NCBI GenBank assembly: GCA_947627105.1
Contig: CANQUT010000003.1
Location: forward strand, 2,144-66,143
Direction of reading: 5' to 3'
Length of the DNA: 64,000 bases
Source: an uncultured Clostridia bacterium
Lineage (GTDB): Bacteria > Bacillota > Clostridia > TANB77 > CAG-508
Made by a program: the position numbers and the translations under genes. Below the pieces are notes generated by a model. It did no database searches. It was not told the DNA's origin and worked only from the letters and a program-made list of their open reading frames with translations. Shown in pieces: positions 9,676-18,969 of this stretch (the first letter of the stretch is position 1; every line of letters begins with the position of its first letter).

Positions 9676-9849
9676 ATGTGTAAAGACAACTCGGGTCTTC
9701 ATACTTACCCTACTGATGAAGAAATTATTTCTATGTGGGCTGAGTATGAAAGAGAACAGGCTCAGGAACGTGCTCGGCAGGAAGATATTTCCTGGAAAGA
9801 GCACAAAGCTAAGTGTGGAGATGATGATTCATCTGAGGACCTTATTTAG
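9676..9849 (+). CDS. small acidic hypothetical protein (57 aa), not in the ORF track
   Basis: ATG at 9676 follows an AAAGGAG RBS. The product is MCKDNSGLHTYPTDEEIISMWAEYEREQAQERARQEDISWKEHKAKCGDDDSSEDLI. A strong terminator follows. The gene is visibly richer in G+C than its surroundings. Confidence 0.5.
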   Translation: MCKDNSGLHTYPTDEEIISMWAEYEREQAQERARQEDISWKEHKAKCGDDDSSEDLI

Positions 9850-9892
9850 TATTTATATGACTCCATGGCTTTGATGATAATTAATCAAGGCA

Positions 9893-9917
9893 CCCCGCAA
9901 ATTTAACATTTGCGGGG
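9893..9917. terminator. rho-independent terminator (ccccgcaaat / atttgcgggg) shared by the 9676 ORF and rarA
   Basis: Perfect 10-bp GC-containing stem, followed by tttattttt on the + strand. It lies 8 nt beyond the corrected rarA stop on the other strand. Confidence 0.75.
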
Positions 9918-9924
9918 TTTATTT

Positions 9925-11170
9925 TTAATCTTCGATTGTGTCATCTTTTATATAATATTTTGTTCCAAGCATTTTATCTGGCAAATATTGTTGCTCAACA
10001 TAGTGTCCTGGAAAATCATGTGGGTACTTATACCCTACTCCATAACCTTCTTTTGCCATTCCGCTCCGCTGGTGCATTTCTAATATGCATTGGTATTGTT
10101 CCTGTATCTTTATTTGCTACGTCTTGCAAAGCTTTTTCACCTGCTAAATAAGCACAATTTGATTTTTTAGATGTTGCTACATATACGGTCGCCTCTGCTA
10201 AAATAATTCTTGCTTCTGGCATTCCTATCATTGTAACTGCTTGCATAGCTGATGTTGCTACAACTAATGCATTTGGATTTGCCATTCCAACATCTTCTGC
10301 TGCACAAAGTACAATTCTTCTTGCAATAAAAACTGGATCTTCTCCTGCATTTAATGCTCTTGCTAAATAAAAAATTGCAGCATCTGGGTCGCTTCCACGC
10401 ATTGATTTAATAAAAGCACTAATATTATCATAATGGCTATCTCCATTTTTATCAAATACTGCTTTTCTTGTTTGCACACACTCTTTTGCTATTTCATCTG
10501 TAATTGTAATTACTCCATCTTTTCCCATTTGAGTAGTTAGTACTGCTACTTCTAAGCCATTTAATGCAGTTCTTACATCTCCATTAGAAGTTTCAGCTAT
10601 TTTTCTTAATGTACTATCTTCTATTTTAATATTATAATTTTTAAGTCCATCTTCTGCTGTTAATGATTTTTTTAAAACATTAAATATATCATCTTCTGTT
10701 AATGGGTTTAAATGAAATACCATTGACCTTGAAATTAAGGCTTTATTTACCTCAAAATAAGGGTTTTCTGTTGTAGCCCCTATTAAAATTACTGTTCCAT
10801 TTTCTACATAAGGTAAAAGCGCATCTTGTTGCAATTTATTGAATCTATGAATTTCATCTATAAATAAAATACATCTTCCAGATGGATTAAGTAATGTATT
10901 TTGAGCTGTTTCTATTGCATTTTTTATATCTGCAACTCCTGATGTTACAGCATTTATTTTTAAAAATTTATATTTAGTAGTATTACTAATTACTCTAGCA
11001 AGCGAAGTTTTTCCACAGCCAGGTGGTCCCCATAAGATAATGCTAGAAAGCCTATCTGCTTTAATTGTTCTATATAAAATTTTATCTTTGCCTAATATAT
11101 GTTCTTGTCCAACATAATCATCTAATGTTTTTGGGCTCATTCTATATGCAAGTGGCTTGCTTAAATCCAT
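9925..11170 (-). CDS. rarA: replication-associated recombination protein A (RarA/MgsA AAA+ ATPase); frame broken at an in-frame CGG near the 3' end
   Basis: Walker A GPPGCGKTS and DEIHRFNK motifs are present. The ORF-track frame ends ...HIRNAPAERNGKRRLWSRV*. Skipping the C of CGG (10063-10061) gives GMAKEGYGVGYKYPHDFPGHYVEQQYLPDKMLGTKYYIKDDTIED*, which is the canonical RarA C-terminus (stop at 9927-9925). Confidence 0.88.
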
Positions 11171-11229
11171 GTTTTTTACCTCTTTTATTTTAATTAATAA
11201 TCCTTTAAGAATTGATAATTATTCTATAC

Positions 11230-11847
11230 TTAAATTCCTCTTGATAAATTTGCTAAACCTTTTCTTATAATATCTTCTATAGATAATGATGTATCTACAT
11301 CTTTTAGGCTATCTACTATTTCTTTTCTGCTATAGCCAAGTACTTGAAGTGCGCTAACAGCTTCTGATATTTTTTCATCATTTGAAATAACATCTTGTAA
11401 TTCTGACTTTTCTTCTGTTTCTTGAATAGATATTTCTTGTTCCTTTTTTAATTTATCTTTTAATTCTAGAATAATTCTTTGTGCAGTTTTAGGTCCAATT
11501 CCTGGTAGTTTTTTTAATATATTTATATCATTAGAAATAACAGCTAGTGCAAAGCCAGATGGTGTAACATTTGATAAAATTGTAAGTGCAACCTTTGCTC
11601 CTATTCCGCTTACATTTAGTAGTAGTTCAAACATACGAAGTTCTTCATTGGTGTTAAAGCCATATAAACTAATATCATCTTCTCTTACTCTCATAAAAGT
11701 ATGTACTTTTATTGTTTGTCCTATTTCTGGCAATTTTGAAATATCACTTTGTGGCATATAAACTTTATAGCCTATACCGCTTTGACTTTCTATAATAATA
11801 TAGCCATTTGTTTTTATATCTAAAATTCCTTTAATAAATGCTATCAT
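11230..11847 (-). CDS. ruvA: Holliday junction branch migration complex subunit RuvA
   Basis: MIAFIKGILD...GYKVY start, HhH motifs (LLNVSGIGAKVAL, LPGIGPKTAQRI) and a C-terminal domain III. Confidence 0.9.
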   Translation of the reverse strand: MIAFIKGILDIKTNGYIIIESQSGIGYKVYMPQSDISKLPEIGQTIKVHTFMRVREDDISLYGFNTNEELRMFELLLNVSGIGAKVALTILSNVTPSGFALAVISNDINILKKLPGIGPKTAQRIILELKDKLKKEQEISIQETEEKSELQDVISNDEKISEAVSALQVLGYSRKEIVDSLKDVDTSLSIEDIIRKGLANLSRGI

Positions 11848-12026
11848 TTTTTTCTCCTTAATTTTTATACAAAACATATATTCTTATTTTTTAAATTATT
11901 TTATCACAAATAAAATAAAATGCAAGTATAATAAATATTTTTATAAAAAGTATTGTTTTTTTTGTAAAATTGTGTTATATTTATAAATAGTCAATTTTAG
12001 ATTTTGCATATAGGAGGTGCATCACA

Positions 12027-12224
12027 ATGGCAAAATGTGATATTTGCGGAAAATCATTATCTTATGGAAATAAAATTAGTATTGCTCGTTCTCATGTTAG
12101 TAGAAGAAGCACTAGAACTTTCAAAGCAAATTTAAGAAGAGTAAAAGCAATTGTTAATGGTGAAACTAAAACAATTCATGCATGTGCAAAATGCTTACGT
12201 TCTGGTAAAGTAGTTAGAGCTTAA
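12027..12224 (+). CDS. rpmB: 50S ribosomal protein L28
   Basis: 65 aa, MAKCDICGK...SHVSRRSTRTFKANL, preceded by a strong AGGAGGTG RBS. Confidence 0.92.
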   Translation: MAKCDICGKSLSYGNKISIARSHVSRRSTRTFKANLRRVKAIVNGETKTIHACAKCLRSGKVVRA

Positions 12225-12252
12225 TAATGTTAAGATAATAAAATAAAAATTG

Positions 12253-12280
12253 AGGCTATTAAAACTAATAGCCTTTTTTG
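12253..12280 (+). terminator. rpmB terminator
   Basis: Stem aggctatta / taatagcct followed by tttttt. Confidence 0.7.
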
Positions 12281-12373
12281 TGTTTCTAAAAATTTAGCTT
12301 TTGTCTTATTAATTTACGTTTTTTATGTAAAAATTTTAAAGCTTTAAGACAAAAAACTTTTTCCCTATGTTTA

Positions 12374-12451
12374 TTATTTTTCTTTAATTCCAAATAATAA
12401 TTTTACAATGCCACGTAGGCATTTTGGAACTTTTTTTACAACAATTGTCAT
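12374..12451 (-). CDS. spoVM: stage V sporulation protein M-like micro-protein (25 aa), not in the ORF track
   Basis: The minus-strand ORF encodes MTIVVKKVPKCLRGIVKLLFGIKEK after an AAAGGAG RBS. It resembles B. subtilis SpoVM (MKFYTIKLPKFLGGIVRAMLGSFRKD). It sits next to rpmB, as in B. subtilis. Confidence 0.65.
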   Translation of the reverse strand: MTIVVKKVPKCLRGIVKLLFGIKEK

Positions 12452-12475
12452 ATTTTATTCACTCCTTTTTTATTG

Positions 12476-12628
12476 TTACTTGCAAGATAACCATATAAGT
12501 CCAACTATAATAATTGTTACACCTATGGCAAATAGCCAGCCAGATAAGGGAAGTAATAAAACAAGCAAAATTCCAAGTCCTAATCCAATTAAGCATACCC
12601 CAATAGTCTTTTTTAATGCTCCTAACAT
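12476..12628 (-). CDS. small membrane protein (50 aa), not in the ORF track
   Basis: The product is MLGALKKTIGVCLIGLGLGILLVLLLPLSGWLFAIGVTIIIVGLIWLSCK, preceded by an AGGGGGA RBS and located directly upstream of the spoVM-like ORF. The + strand ORF at 12408-12671 is its antisense shadow. Confidence 0.5.
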   Translation of the reverse strand: MLGALKKTIGVCLIGLGLGILLVLLLPLSGWLFAIGVTIIIVGLIWLSCK

Positions 12629-12814
12629 ATTAATCCCCCTATCTATTTTATATTTTTATATATTATATTAACTTTTTTCTTATTTGTTACCACTTTATGT
12701 TTTTAATAATTTTATTATTATTCAAGCAAAGCTTAATATTTAATGGCACTTTAAGTTCAGTCATTTTACAAACTTTAAATTTAGTCATTTTACATATCAG
12801 TAATTTTACATAAA

Positions 12815-12843
12815 TTGACTTTTGGCTAAAAATTTGTTACAAT
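12815..12843 (+). promoter_or_regulatory. sigma-A type promoter (TTGACT-17-TACAAT)
   Basis: TTGACT at 12815-12820 and TACAAT at 12838-12843. Three agtNattttaca direct repeats precede it. Confidence 0.55.
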
Positions 12844-12878
12844 TAATATATACAAATATTTTAAGGAGGAAAATCCCC

Positions 12879-13148
12879 ATGACAACAGCATTATTTTTTG
12901 TAGCATTTATTATTGTCTCCTTTGCGGTCTTCATGAACGGTGTTCTCTTTTCCAGTGTTTGTGGCAACATGGACGAAGATGAAGACGTTCCACCTTTCTA
13001 TGAGAGGTGGATTAAGACCATCAATGAAGACCAAGACACTCATTCTGGCAAAATACTTATGGCATGTTTCTACTTTATCATCTCCGGCATCGCGATTTTC
13101 TCCTATCTTTGCTCGTTAATTCGGGCTAAGAAGAAAAAAGAGCAATAA
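12879..13148 (+). CDS. small two-TM membrane protein (89 aa), hypothetical
   Basis: ATG at 12879 follows an AAGGAGGA RBS. The product has a hydrophobic N-terminus, an acidic loop, a hydrophobic segment and a KKKKEQ tail. It is richer in G+C than its neighbours and a terminator hairpin follows it. Confidence 0.55.
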   Translation: MTTALFFVAFIIVSFAVFMNGVLFSSVCGNMDEDEDVPPFYERWIKTINEDQDTHSGKILMACFYFIISGIAIFSYLCSLIRAKKKKEQ

Positions 13149-13287
13149 AAAAACTCTTTCAAGCTCTAGAACTTCTAGGGCTTGTATTTTTTTGTTGAAA
13201 ATTGTAGATTTTTGTGTTTTAATAAGAATAGAAAGATGTATTTAAAAATGCACTTTTCTGAAAATAATTTAAAAGGACTTAAAAAAT

Positions 13288-13914
13288 ATGAAAAAAGATA
13301 TTGTTATAAAAATTATAGAAAAATTAATAGAAGCTAATCCAGATGCAAAATGTAGCTTAGATTTTAATACTCCATTTGAAATGATGATTGCAGTAATGCT
13401 TTCTGCGCAATGCACAGATGAAAGAGTTAATTTAACTACACCTAGCCTTTTTGCTAAATATAATACACCGGAAAAAATGGCAAATGCACCCTTAGAAGAA
13501 TTAGAAAGCCTTATTCACCCATGTGGTTTTTATAAAAATAAAGCTAAAAATATGAAACTTGCTAGTCAAAAACTTATAAATGATTTTGGTGGCAAAGTTC
13601 CAAATAACATGGAAGATTTAATTACAATTCCTGGCGTTGGAAGGAAAAGTGCTAATGTTATTATGCTTGAAGCATTTAATGACCCACAAGGAATTGCAGT
13701 AGATACACATGTAAAAAGAATTTCAAATAGAATTGGTCTTTCAAAAGAATCTGAACCAGAAAAAATTGAACAAGATTTATTAAAAGAAATACCAAAAAAA
13801 TATTATAAAGATGTAAACCATGTTTTAATTTATCATGGTAGACGTATTTGCAGTGCTAGAAATGCTAAATGCAATGAATGTCCTATTTCTGAAATTTGTC
13901 AAAAAAATTTATAA
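13288..13914 (+). CDS. nth: endonuclease III (DNA glycosylase/AP lyase)
   Basis: HhH-GPD motif (LPGVGRKSANVI...DTHV) and a C-terminal 4Fe-4S cluster (C-x6-C-x2-C-x5-C). Confidence 0.92.
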   Translation: MKKDIVIKIIEKLIEANPDAKCSLDFNTPFEMMIAVMLSAQCTDERVNLTTPSLFAKYNTPEKMANAPLEELESLIHPCGFYKNKAKNMKLASQKLINDFGGKVPNNMEDLITIPGVGRKSANVIMLEAFNDPQGIAVDTHVKRISNRIGLSKESEPEKIEQDLLKEIPKKYYKDVNHVLIYHGRRICSARNAKCNECPISEICQKNL

Positions 13915-13968
13915 ATTAGTATATTTTTAAATTTTTATAGCATACTAAATAATCGAGAGGTGATTTGT

Positions 13969-14130
13969 TTGACAAATATTAATTGTTTGGAAAACTGTAT
14001 TTATCAAAAAGATGGAAAATGTTCTTTTGAAGATGTATGTAGTCACAAAATAAATACTAAACATCCTTCTTGCGCATATTTTGTTGAAGCAAATACAGAA
14101 AAGTCACCTAAACACCTTAAAAAAAATTGA
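13969..14130 (+). CDS. small Cys-rich protein (53 aa, TTG start), possibly DUF1540-like
   Basis: RBS GAGAGGTGA, then a TTG start. The product is (M)TNINCLENCIYQKDGKCSFEDVCSHKINTKHPSCAYFVEANTEKSPKHLKKN. It is not in the ORF track. Confidence 0.4.
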   Translation: MTNINCLENCIYQKDGKCSFEDVCSHKINTKHPSCAYFVEANTEKSPKHLKKN

Positions 14131-14212
14131 TTAGTTTATTATAATATGAATATTCTTGACTTTCTCCTGTATAAGATATATATTATTATATATCTATAAA
14201 GGAGGTTTTTTT

Positions 14213-15337
14213 ATGTTAAAAACAAGAAAAGTTATATGCTTATTTTCCATACTATTTTTATTACTTTCTTCTGTTTGTATGGCTACTAATGCAGAGCCTG
14301 CTACTCAAGAAAAAGATGATGTTTTAGATCTTCCATTCATTAGCACAGACTTATATTTAGCTAGTAACAATGATACTGTAATTGATAAACCAGTTGATGG
14401 AAATGTTTTTTTGTATGGGCAAAATGTTACAATTAAAAGTGATATTTTGGGAGATTTATTTGTTTTAGCAAACAATTTAACAATAGAAAATACAGCTACA
14501 ATTTCAGGAAATGTTTTTGCTTATGCAAGTAACTTAACTGTAGATGGAAAAGTTACTGATATTTATGCTTTGTCACAAAACTTTACACTTAATGAAACTG
14601 CTAACATTTATAGAGATTTAAAATTATATACAGATAATTGTACTATAAATGGTTTTGTTGAAAAAGATGCATACATAGCAGCAAATACTATTAATTTTAA
14701 AGATAATACAGAAGGTTTAGTTAAAGGTAACTTTAATTACACATCAGGAACTGAAGCAAATATTCCTGAAAACGCTATTGCAGGAAAAACAAACTTTACG
14801 CAATTAAAAAATGAACAACTTTCTGTAAATGAAATTATTAGAAATTATATAATTTCATTTGTTAATGTTTTTGTTTATGCTGTTGTTGTTATTTTATTAA
14901 TTGTTAAGTTAGCACCTAAAGCAGCAGATAAATTAACTTATTGTTTAAGCAAAAGGCCATTTATTACAGCTGGAGTTGGAATTTTAGGAGTTATTTTAAT
15001 TCCTATTATTGCTATTTTAGCACTTTTAACAGGATTACTATTGTATTTAGGAATTGCTTTACTTGCTACATATGTTTTAATGTTATCAATTACAATTTCT
15101 ATTTTAGGAATTGCTGTTGGAAATTATTTTGCTAGTAAATTTAAAAATAAAACAAAAGCAAAAACTATTTTATTATCATTTGCATCTGTTACAGTTATAT
15201 GGCTATTACAGTTAGTTCCTTATATTGGTACTTATGTATCTACTTTTACAATTGTTTTCGGACTTGGACTTATACTTTTTGCTTTGTTTAGTAAAAAAGC
15301 TACAGATAATACTGAAGTTCAAACTGAAAATAATTAA
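14213..15337 (+). CDS. membrane protein with signal peptide, beta-helix/bactofilin-like repeat region and C-terminal multi-TM domain
   Basis: The start is taken at MLKTRKV (14213) after an AAAGGAGG RBS. It contains repeated (G)N/D-V/L-F/Y-x-x-x-x-N-x-T-I/V units, followed by 4-5 hydrophobic helices. Confidence 0.6.
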   Translation: MLKTRKVICLFSILFLLLSSVCMATNAEPATQEKDDVLDLPFISTDLYLASNNDTVIDKPVDGNVFLYGQNVTIKSDILGDLFVLANNLTIENTATISGNVFAYASNLTVDGKVTDIYALSQNFTLNETANIYRDLKLYTDNCTINGFVEKDAYIAANTINFKDNTEGLVKGNFNYTSGTEANIPENAIAGKTNFTQLKNEQLSVNEIIRNYIISFVNVFVYAVVVILLIVKLAPKAADKLTYCLSKRPFITAGVGILGVILIPIIAILALLTGLLLYLGIALLATYVLMLSITISILGIAVGNYFASKFKNKTKAKTILLSFASVTVIWLLQLVPYIGTYVSTFTIVFGLGLILFALFSKKATDNTEVQTENN

Positions 15338-15401
15338 ACTAAAAAAAATAATAAACTATATACAGTTATTAAAAAAAAATCGTTTGCTTTGCAAACGATT
15401 T

Positions 15402-16061
15402 TTAATTTTTTAATTTCATAACTACTTCTTTAAAATTATTTGAATTTGTAATGCTACTTCCTGCTACTATAATATTAACTCCGGCATTTCTTAGCATTGC
15501 TACATTTTCTGGATTAATTCCTCCATCTGCTTCAATATCTATTTCTAGGTTATTTTTCTTAATATAGTTATTTAAATCTTTTATTTTTTGAACTGTGCTT
15601 GGAATTAGCTCTTGCCCACCTTTTCCAGGTTCTACAGTCATTACTAAAACAACATGTATAAGTGGCAAATAATCTATAATTTCTTCTATTTTGGTATTTG
15701 GTTTAATAGAAATTCCTACTCTTGTGTTATTTTGTTTAATATAGTTTATTAAATCTAGTAATTCTTCTTTATTTTTTACAGCTTCTAAATGTATAGTAAT
15801 TATATTTGGTTCAAATACTAAAAAACTATTTATATAATTTTTTATATCTTCTACCATTAAATGAACATCTAATGGTAAATTAGAAATGCTATTTAAATAT
15901 TCACAGTATTCTAACATTTTGCTTGTAGTATCAGCACTAACAAATTTGCCATCCATAACATCTATATGGAAATAATCTATTCCAGAAGTTTCTAAGTTGT
16001 ATAATGTTTGAATTGCATTTTCATTTTTCATACTTAAAATAGATGCTGATACTTCTACCAT
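15402..16061 (-). CDS. rpe: ribulose-phosphate 3-epimerase
   Basis: 219 aa with the motifs HIDVMDG, DVHLMV, MTVEPGKGGQ and DGGIN. Confidence 0.93.
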   Translation of the reverse strand: MVEVSASILSMKNENAIQTLYNLETSGIDYFHIDVMDGKFVSADTTSKMLEYCEYLNSISNLPLDVHLMVEDIKNYINSFLVFEPNIITIHLEAVKNKEELLDLINYIKQNNTRVGISIKPNTKIEEIIDYLPLIHVVLVMTVEPGKGGQELIPSTVQKIKDLNNYIKKNNLEIDIEADGGINPENVAMLRNAGVNIIVAGSSITNSNNFKEVVMKLKN

Positions 16062-16939
16062 TTATTTTTCTCCTTTTCTTTTAATTCTTCATATATTTTT
16101 CTATAGTTTTCATATCTTTCTATTGATATTTTGCTATTCTTTACTGCTTCTTTTACTCCACATTTTTCTTCTTTAATGTGATGGCATCCACCAAATTCAC
16201 ATTCTGATAAATATGGTATAAATTCTATAAAATATTTATCTAGCTCATCTAGCGGAATTTCAGTTAATTCTAGAGTAGAAAAGCCGGGGGTATCTGCAAT
16301 ATATGAATTTTTATTATATTTATATAATGTTACTTTTGTAGTTGTGTTTTTTCCTTTTTTATTTTTACTACTAATAATACCTTCTTGTGTTAATTCTTTT
16401 TCAAAAATACTATTTGTTAATGTTGATTTTCCTACTCCTGAATTTCCTGCAAATGCGGTAATATTATTTTCTAAAAATGGTTTTATTTTTTCTATTTCTC
16501 CTTTGTCTTTAGCATTTGTTTCTATTACTTCATAGCCTATATCTCTATATATTTTGCTTAGCTTTTCTAATTCCTCTTGTTTTACTAAATCTGTTTTGTT
16601 AAAACAAATTATAGTATTTATATTAAGTTTTTTTGCTAAAGCTAATTCTTTATCTAATAGTAATAAGTCTGGAGATGGCATTTTCATTGAAACAACTAGA
16701 ATAATGCAAGTTAAATTTGCCATTTTGGGTCTTTTAATCTCATTATATCTTGGCAATATTTGTTCAATTATTCCCTCTGCTTTTTCCTCACTTGATATTG
16801 TAATTTCTACTTTATCTCCTACTAATACATTGGTTCCATCATTTTTAAATTTTCCCCTAGCAGTGCAATTATATATTTTATTTTCTACTTCTATTTGATA
16901 TAAATTAGAACTTGCAGAAATAATTATTCCTTTTGGCAT
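16055..16939 (-). CDS. rsgA: ribosome small-subunit-dependent GTPase A
   Basis: Circularly permuted GTPase (NKTDL ... GNSGVGKST) with a C-terminal zinc knuckle C-x-F-x-x-C-x-H-x5-C. Confidence 0.92.
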   Translation of the reverse strand: MPKGIIISASSNLYQIEVENKIYNCTARGKFKNDGTNVLVGDKVEITISSEEKAEGIIEQILPRYNEIKRPKMANLTCIILVVSMKMPSPDLLLLDKELALAKKLNINTIICFNKTDLVKQEELEKLSKIYRDIGYEVIETNAKDKGEIEKIKPFLENNITAFAGNSGVGKSTLTNSIFEKELTQEGIISSKNKKGKNTTTKVTLYKYNKNSYIADTPGFSTLELTEIPLDELDKYFIEFIPYLSECEFGGCHHIKEEKCGVKEAVKNSKISIERYENYRKIYEELKEKEKNKW

Positions 16940-16977
16940 TATTTGCTCCTTTTATTAATGTCTTATATAATATAACC

Positions 16978-18954
16978 TTAATCAATAGTAAGCACTGGAT
17001 TTTCTACACTTAAGTCAAATTGTCGCATATCTATTCTTACATCATCTACTAAAATTTTAATAGTAACAGTTCCTTTTCCTGAAACATTTGCAGTGATGTT
17101 TGTTTCATCTTTACGATGAGTAGAAGAATATACAGTTTCATCATTAACTGTTATTTTTACTGCTACTGTTGGATTAATTTCATTTCCATTTTCATCTATT
17201 TCAATAGTTGCCTTGCTTCCTAACAATGATTTTAGGTTTAAATTAATAGTTCCTGTTTTTATAGCTTCTATTTTGTTTACTGTAACAGTAATTTTTGTTT
17301 TTTCATCAACTGTTGTACCTGCTTCTATGCTTTGTTTTAATACTCTACCATCTATTTTTGTTGTATCTTCTTCATAAACAATAATTACTTCTAAATCTTT
17401 TAGTTTTTTCTTAGCATCTTCTTCTGTATCTCCTATTACATAAGGTACAGATAATTGTTTTATTCCTGTCCCTGTGCTTACAGTAATTTCTACTGTTGAA
17501 CCTGTTTTTACTTCTTCTCCTTCTTCTGGAGTTTGTTTTATTATAACCCCTGCTTCTACTGTTTTACTTGTTTCTTCTTTTTTCTCTATTTTTAAATGTA
17601 ATTCATTTTCTATTAATGCTTCTGCTTCTTCAAATTTCATTCCAACTACTTTTTTCATTGTTACCATTTCGGTACCTTTACTAATTTTTACTTTGATGTT
17701 GCTATTTTCTTTTACTTGATACCCTTCTATATATGGAGGTTCTTGCCAAAAAATTTTACCTGCTTCAACTTCTTCATTAAATTCTTCTTCAGTTTCAATA
17801 GTTATTTTTGTGTCTTTTAATAGTTCTTTTGTTTCTTCATATGTTTTTCCTATTAAATTTGGTAAATTAACATCTTTTGGTTGGCCTGCATCTAAAATTA
17901 GCTGTGTGCCAAAAAAGCCTATAATAGGAATTAATATAATAATACAAGCTATAACTACTATCATTAATATTCTTTTAGTTTTTGTAGGTTTTGAAGAAAC
18001 GTGTCCACCTGTTTTTTCTTTATATTCTGTTTTATTTTCAATACTTTCCATTTTTCTTTCTTCTCCTAGAGTTGGAACTCTTTGTGTATATTGCATACTC
18101 TCTGCATTACTTTTAACAAAGTCTCCTTCAGGATTTTTAAGAGCTAAGCTTAAGTCTTTTAATAATTCTGTAGCATTTTGGTATCTTAAACTAATATCTT
18201 TTTCCATTGCTTTCATAATTATTTTATTAATTGCAAAAGGAATAGAAGGATTTAGTTTTATTGGTGGGGTAGGTTTTTCTTGCATATGTTTTAATGCAAT
18301 AGATACTGGCGTATCTGCATCAAATGGAACTCTACCTGTTAGCATTTCGTACATAACTACTCCTAAAGAGTAAATATCTGATTTTGCATCTGTAAATCCA
18401 CCACGAGCATGTTCTGGTGAGAAATAGTGAACAGAGCCAATTGTTGTACCAAATGCTGTAATAGTAGAATTTGAAACTGCTTTTGCAATACCAAAGTCTG
18501 TTACTTTAGCTATTCCATCTTCTGTAATTATAATATTATGTGGTTTAATATCTCTATGAATTATATTGTTTTTATGAGCTGTTTCTAATGCTGATGCTAC
18601 TTGTATTGCAATGTTTACAGACCATTTCCAAGGAAGAACACCATCTTCATTTATTATTTCTTTTAAAGTTTTTCCTTGTACTAATTCCATAACTATGTAA
18701 TATATATTTTCTTCATGTCCTACATCAAAAATAGAAACTATATTAGGATGTGTAAGACTTGCAGCTGATTGTGCCTCTGTATTAAATCTTCTAATAAATT
18801 CTTCATCTGTTATAAATTCATCTCTTAGTACTTTTACAGCAACATAGCGTTTAAGGATATTATCTTTTGCTTTATAAACTGTTGCCATTCCACCTTCTCC
18901 AACTCTCTCTAGTATTTCATATCTGCTCCCAATTACTTTACCTACTATATTCAT
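16978..18954 (-). CDS. prkC: Ser/Thr protein kinase with extracellular PASTA repeats
   Basis: Hanks kinase motifs (GEGGMATVYKA, HRDIKPHN, DFGIAK), a TM segment, and then three PASTA-like repeats. Confidence 0.92.
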   Translation of the reverse strand: MNIVGKVIGSRYEILERVGEGGMATVYKAKDNILKRYVAVKVLRDEFITDEEFIRRFNTEAQSAASLTHPNIVSIFDVGHEENIYYIVMELVQGKTLKEIINEDGVLPWKWSVNIAIQVASALETAHKNNIIHRDIKPHNIIITEDGIAKVTDFGIAKAVSNSTITAFGTTIGSVHYFSPEHARGGFTDAKSDIYSLGVVMYEMLTGRVPFDADTPVSIALKHMQEKPTPPIKLNPSIPFAINKIIMKAMEKDISLRYQNATELLKDLSLALKNPEGDFVKSNAESMQYTQRVPTLGEERKMESIENKTEYKEKTGGHVSSKPTKTKRILMIVVIACIIILIPIIGFFGTQLILDAGQPKDVNLPNLIGKTYEETKELLKDTKITIETEEEFNEEVEAGKIFWQEPPYIEGYQVKENSNIKVKISKGTEMVTMKKVVGMKFEEAEALIENELHLKIEKKEETSKTVEAGVIIKQTPEEGEEVKTGSTVEITVSTGTGIKQLSVPYVIGDTEEDAKKKLKDLEVIIVYEEDTTKIDGRVLKQSIEAGTTVDEKTKITVTVNKIEAIKTGTINLNLKSLLGSKATIEIDENGNEINPTVAVKITVNDETVYSSTHRKDETNITANVSGKGTVTIKILVDDVRIDMRQFDLSVENPVLTID

Positions 18955-18969
18955 ATGTTTTTCTCTCCC

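Noticed and set aside
9614-9874. 86-aa + strand ORF from the track (MTIFNNDAIISSSHF...)
   Set aside because: It has no RBS and begins inside the promoter. Its sequence is implausible. The overlapping 57-aa frame (9676-9849) has an RBS, a promoter and a terminator.
12408-12671. 87-aa + strand ORF
   Set aside because: It is the antisense shadow of the two RBS-preceded minus-strand micro-ORFs (the spoVM-like gene and the 50-aa peptide). It has no RBS.
17810-18373. 187-aa + strand ORF, with similar antisense ORFs at 36021-36497, 40563-40850, 32976-33254 and elsewhere
   Set aside because: All lie antisense within well-supported genes (prkC, ylbJ, rpoD, mfd). They have low-complexity Ser/Phe/Leu-rich products typical of AT-rich antisense frames.
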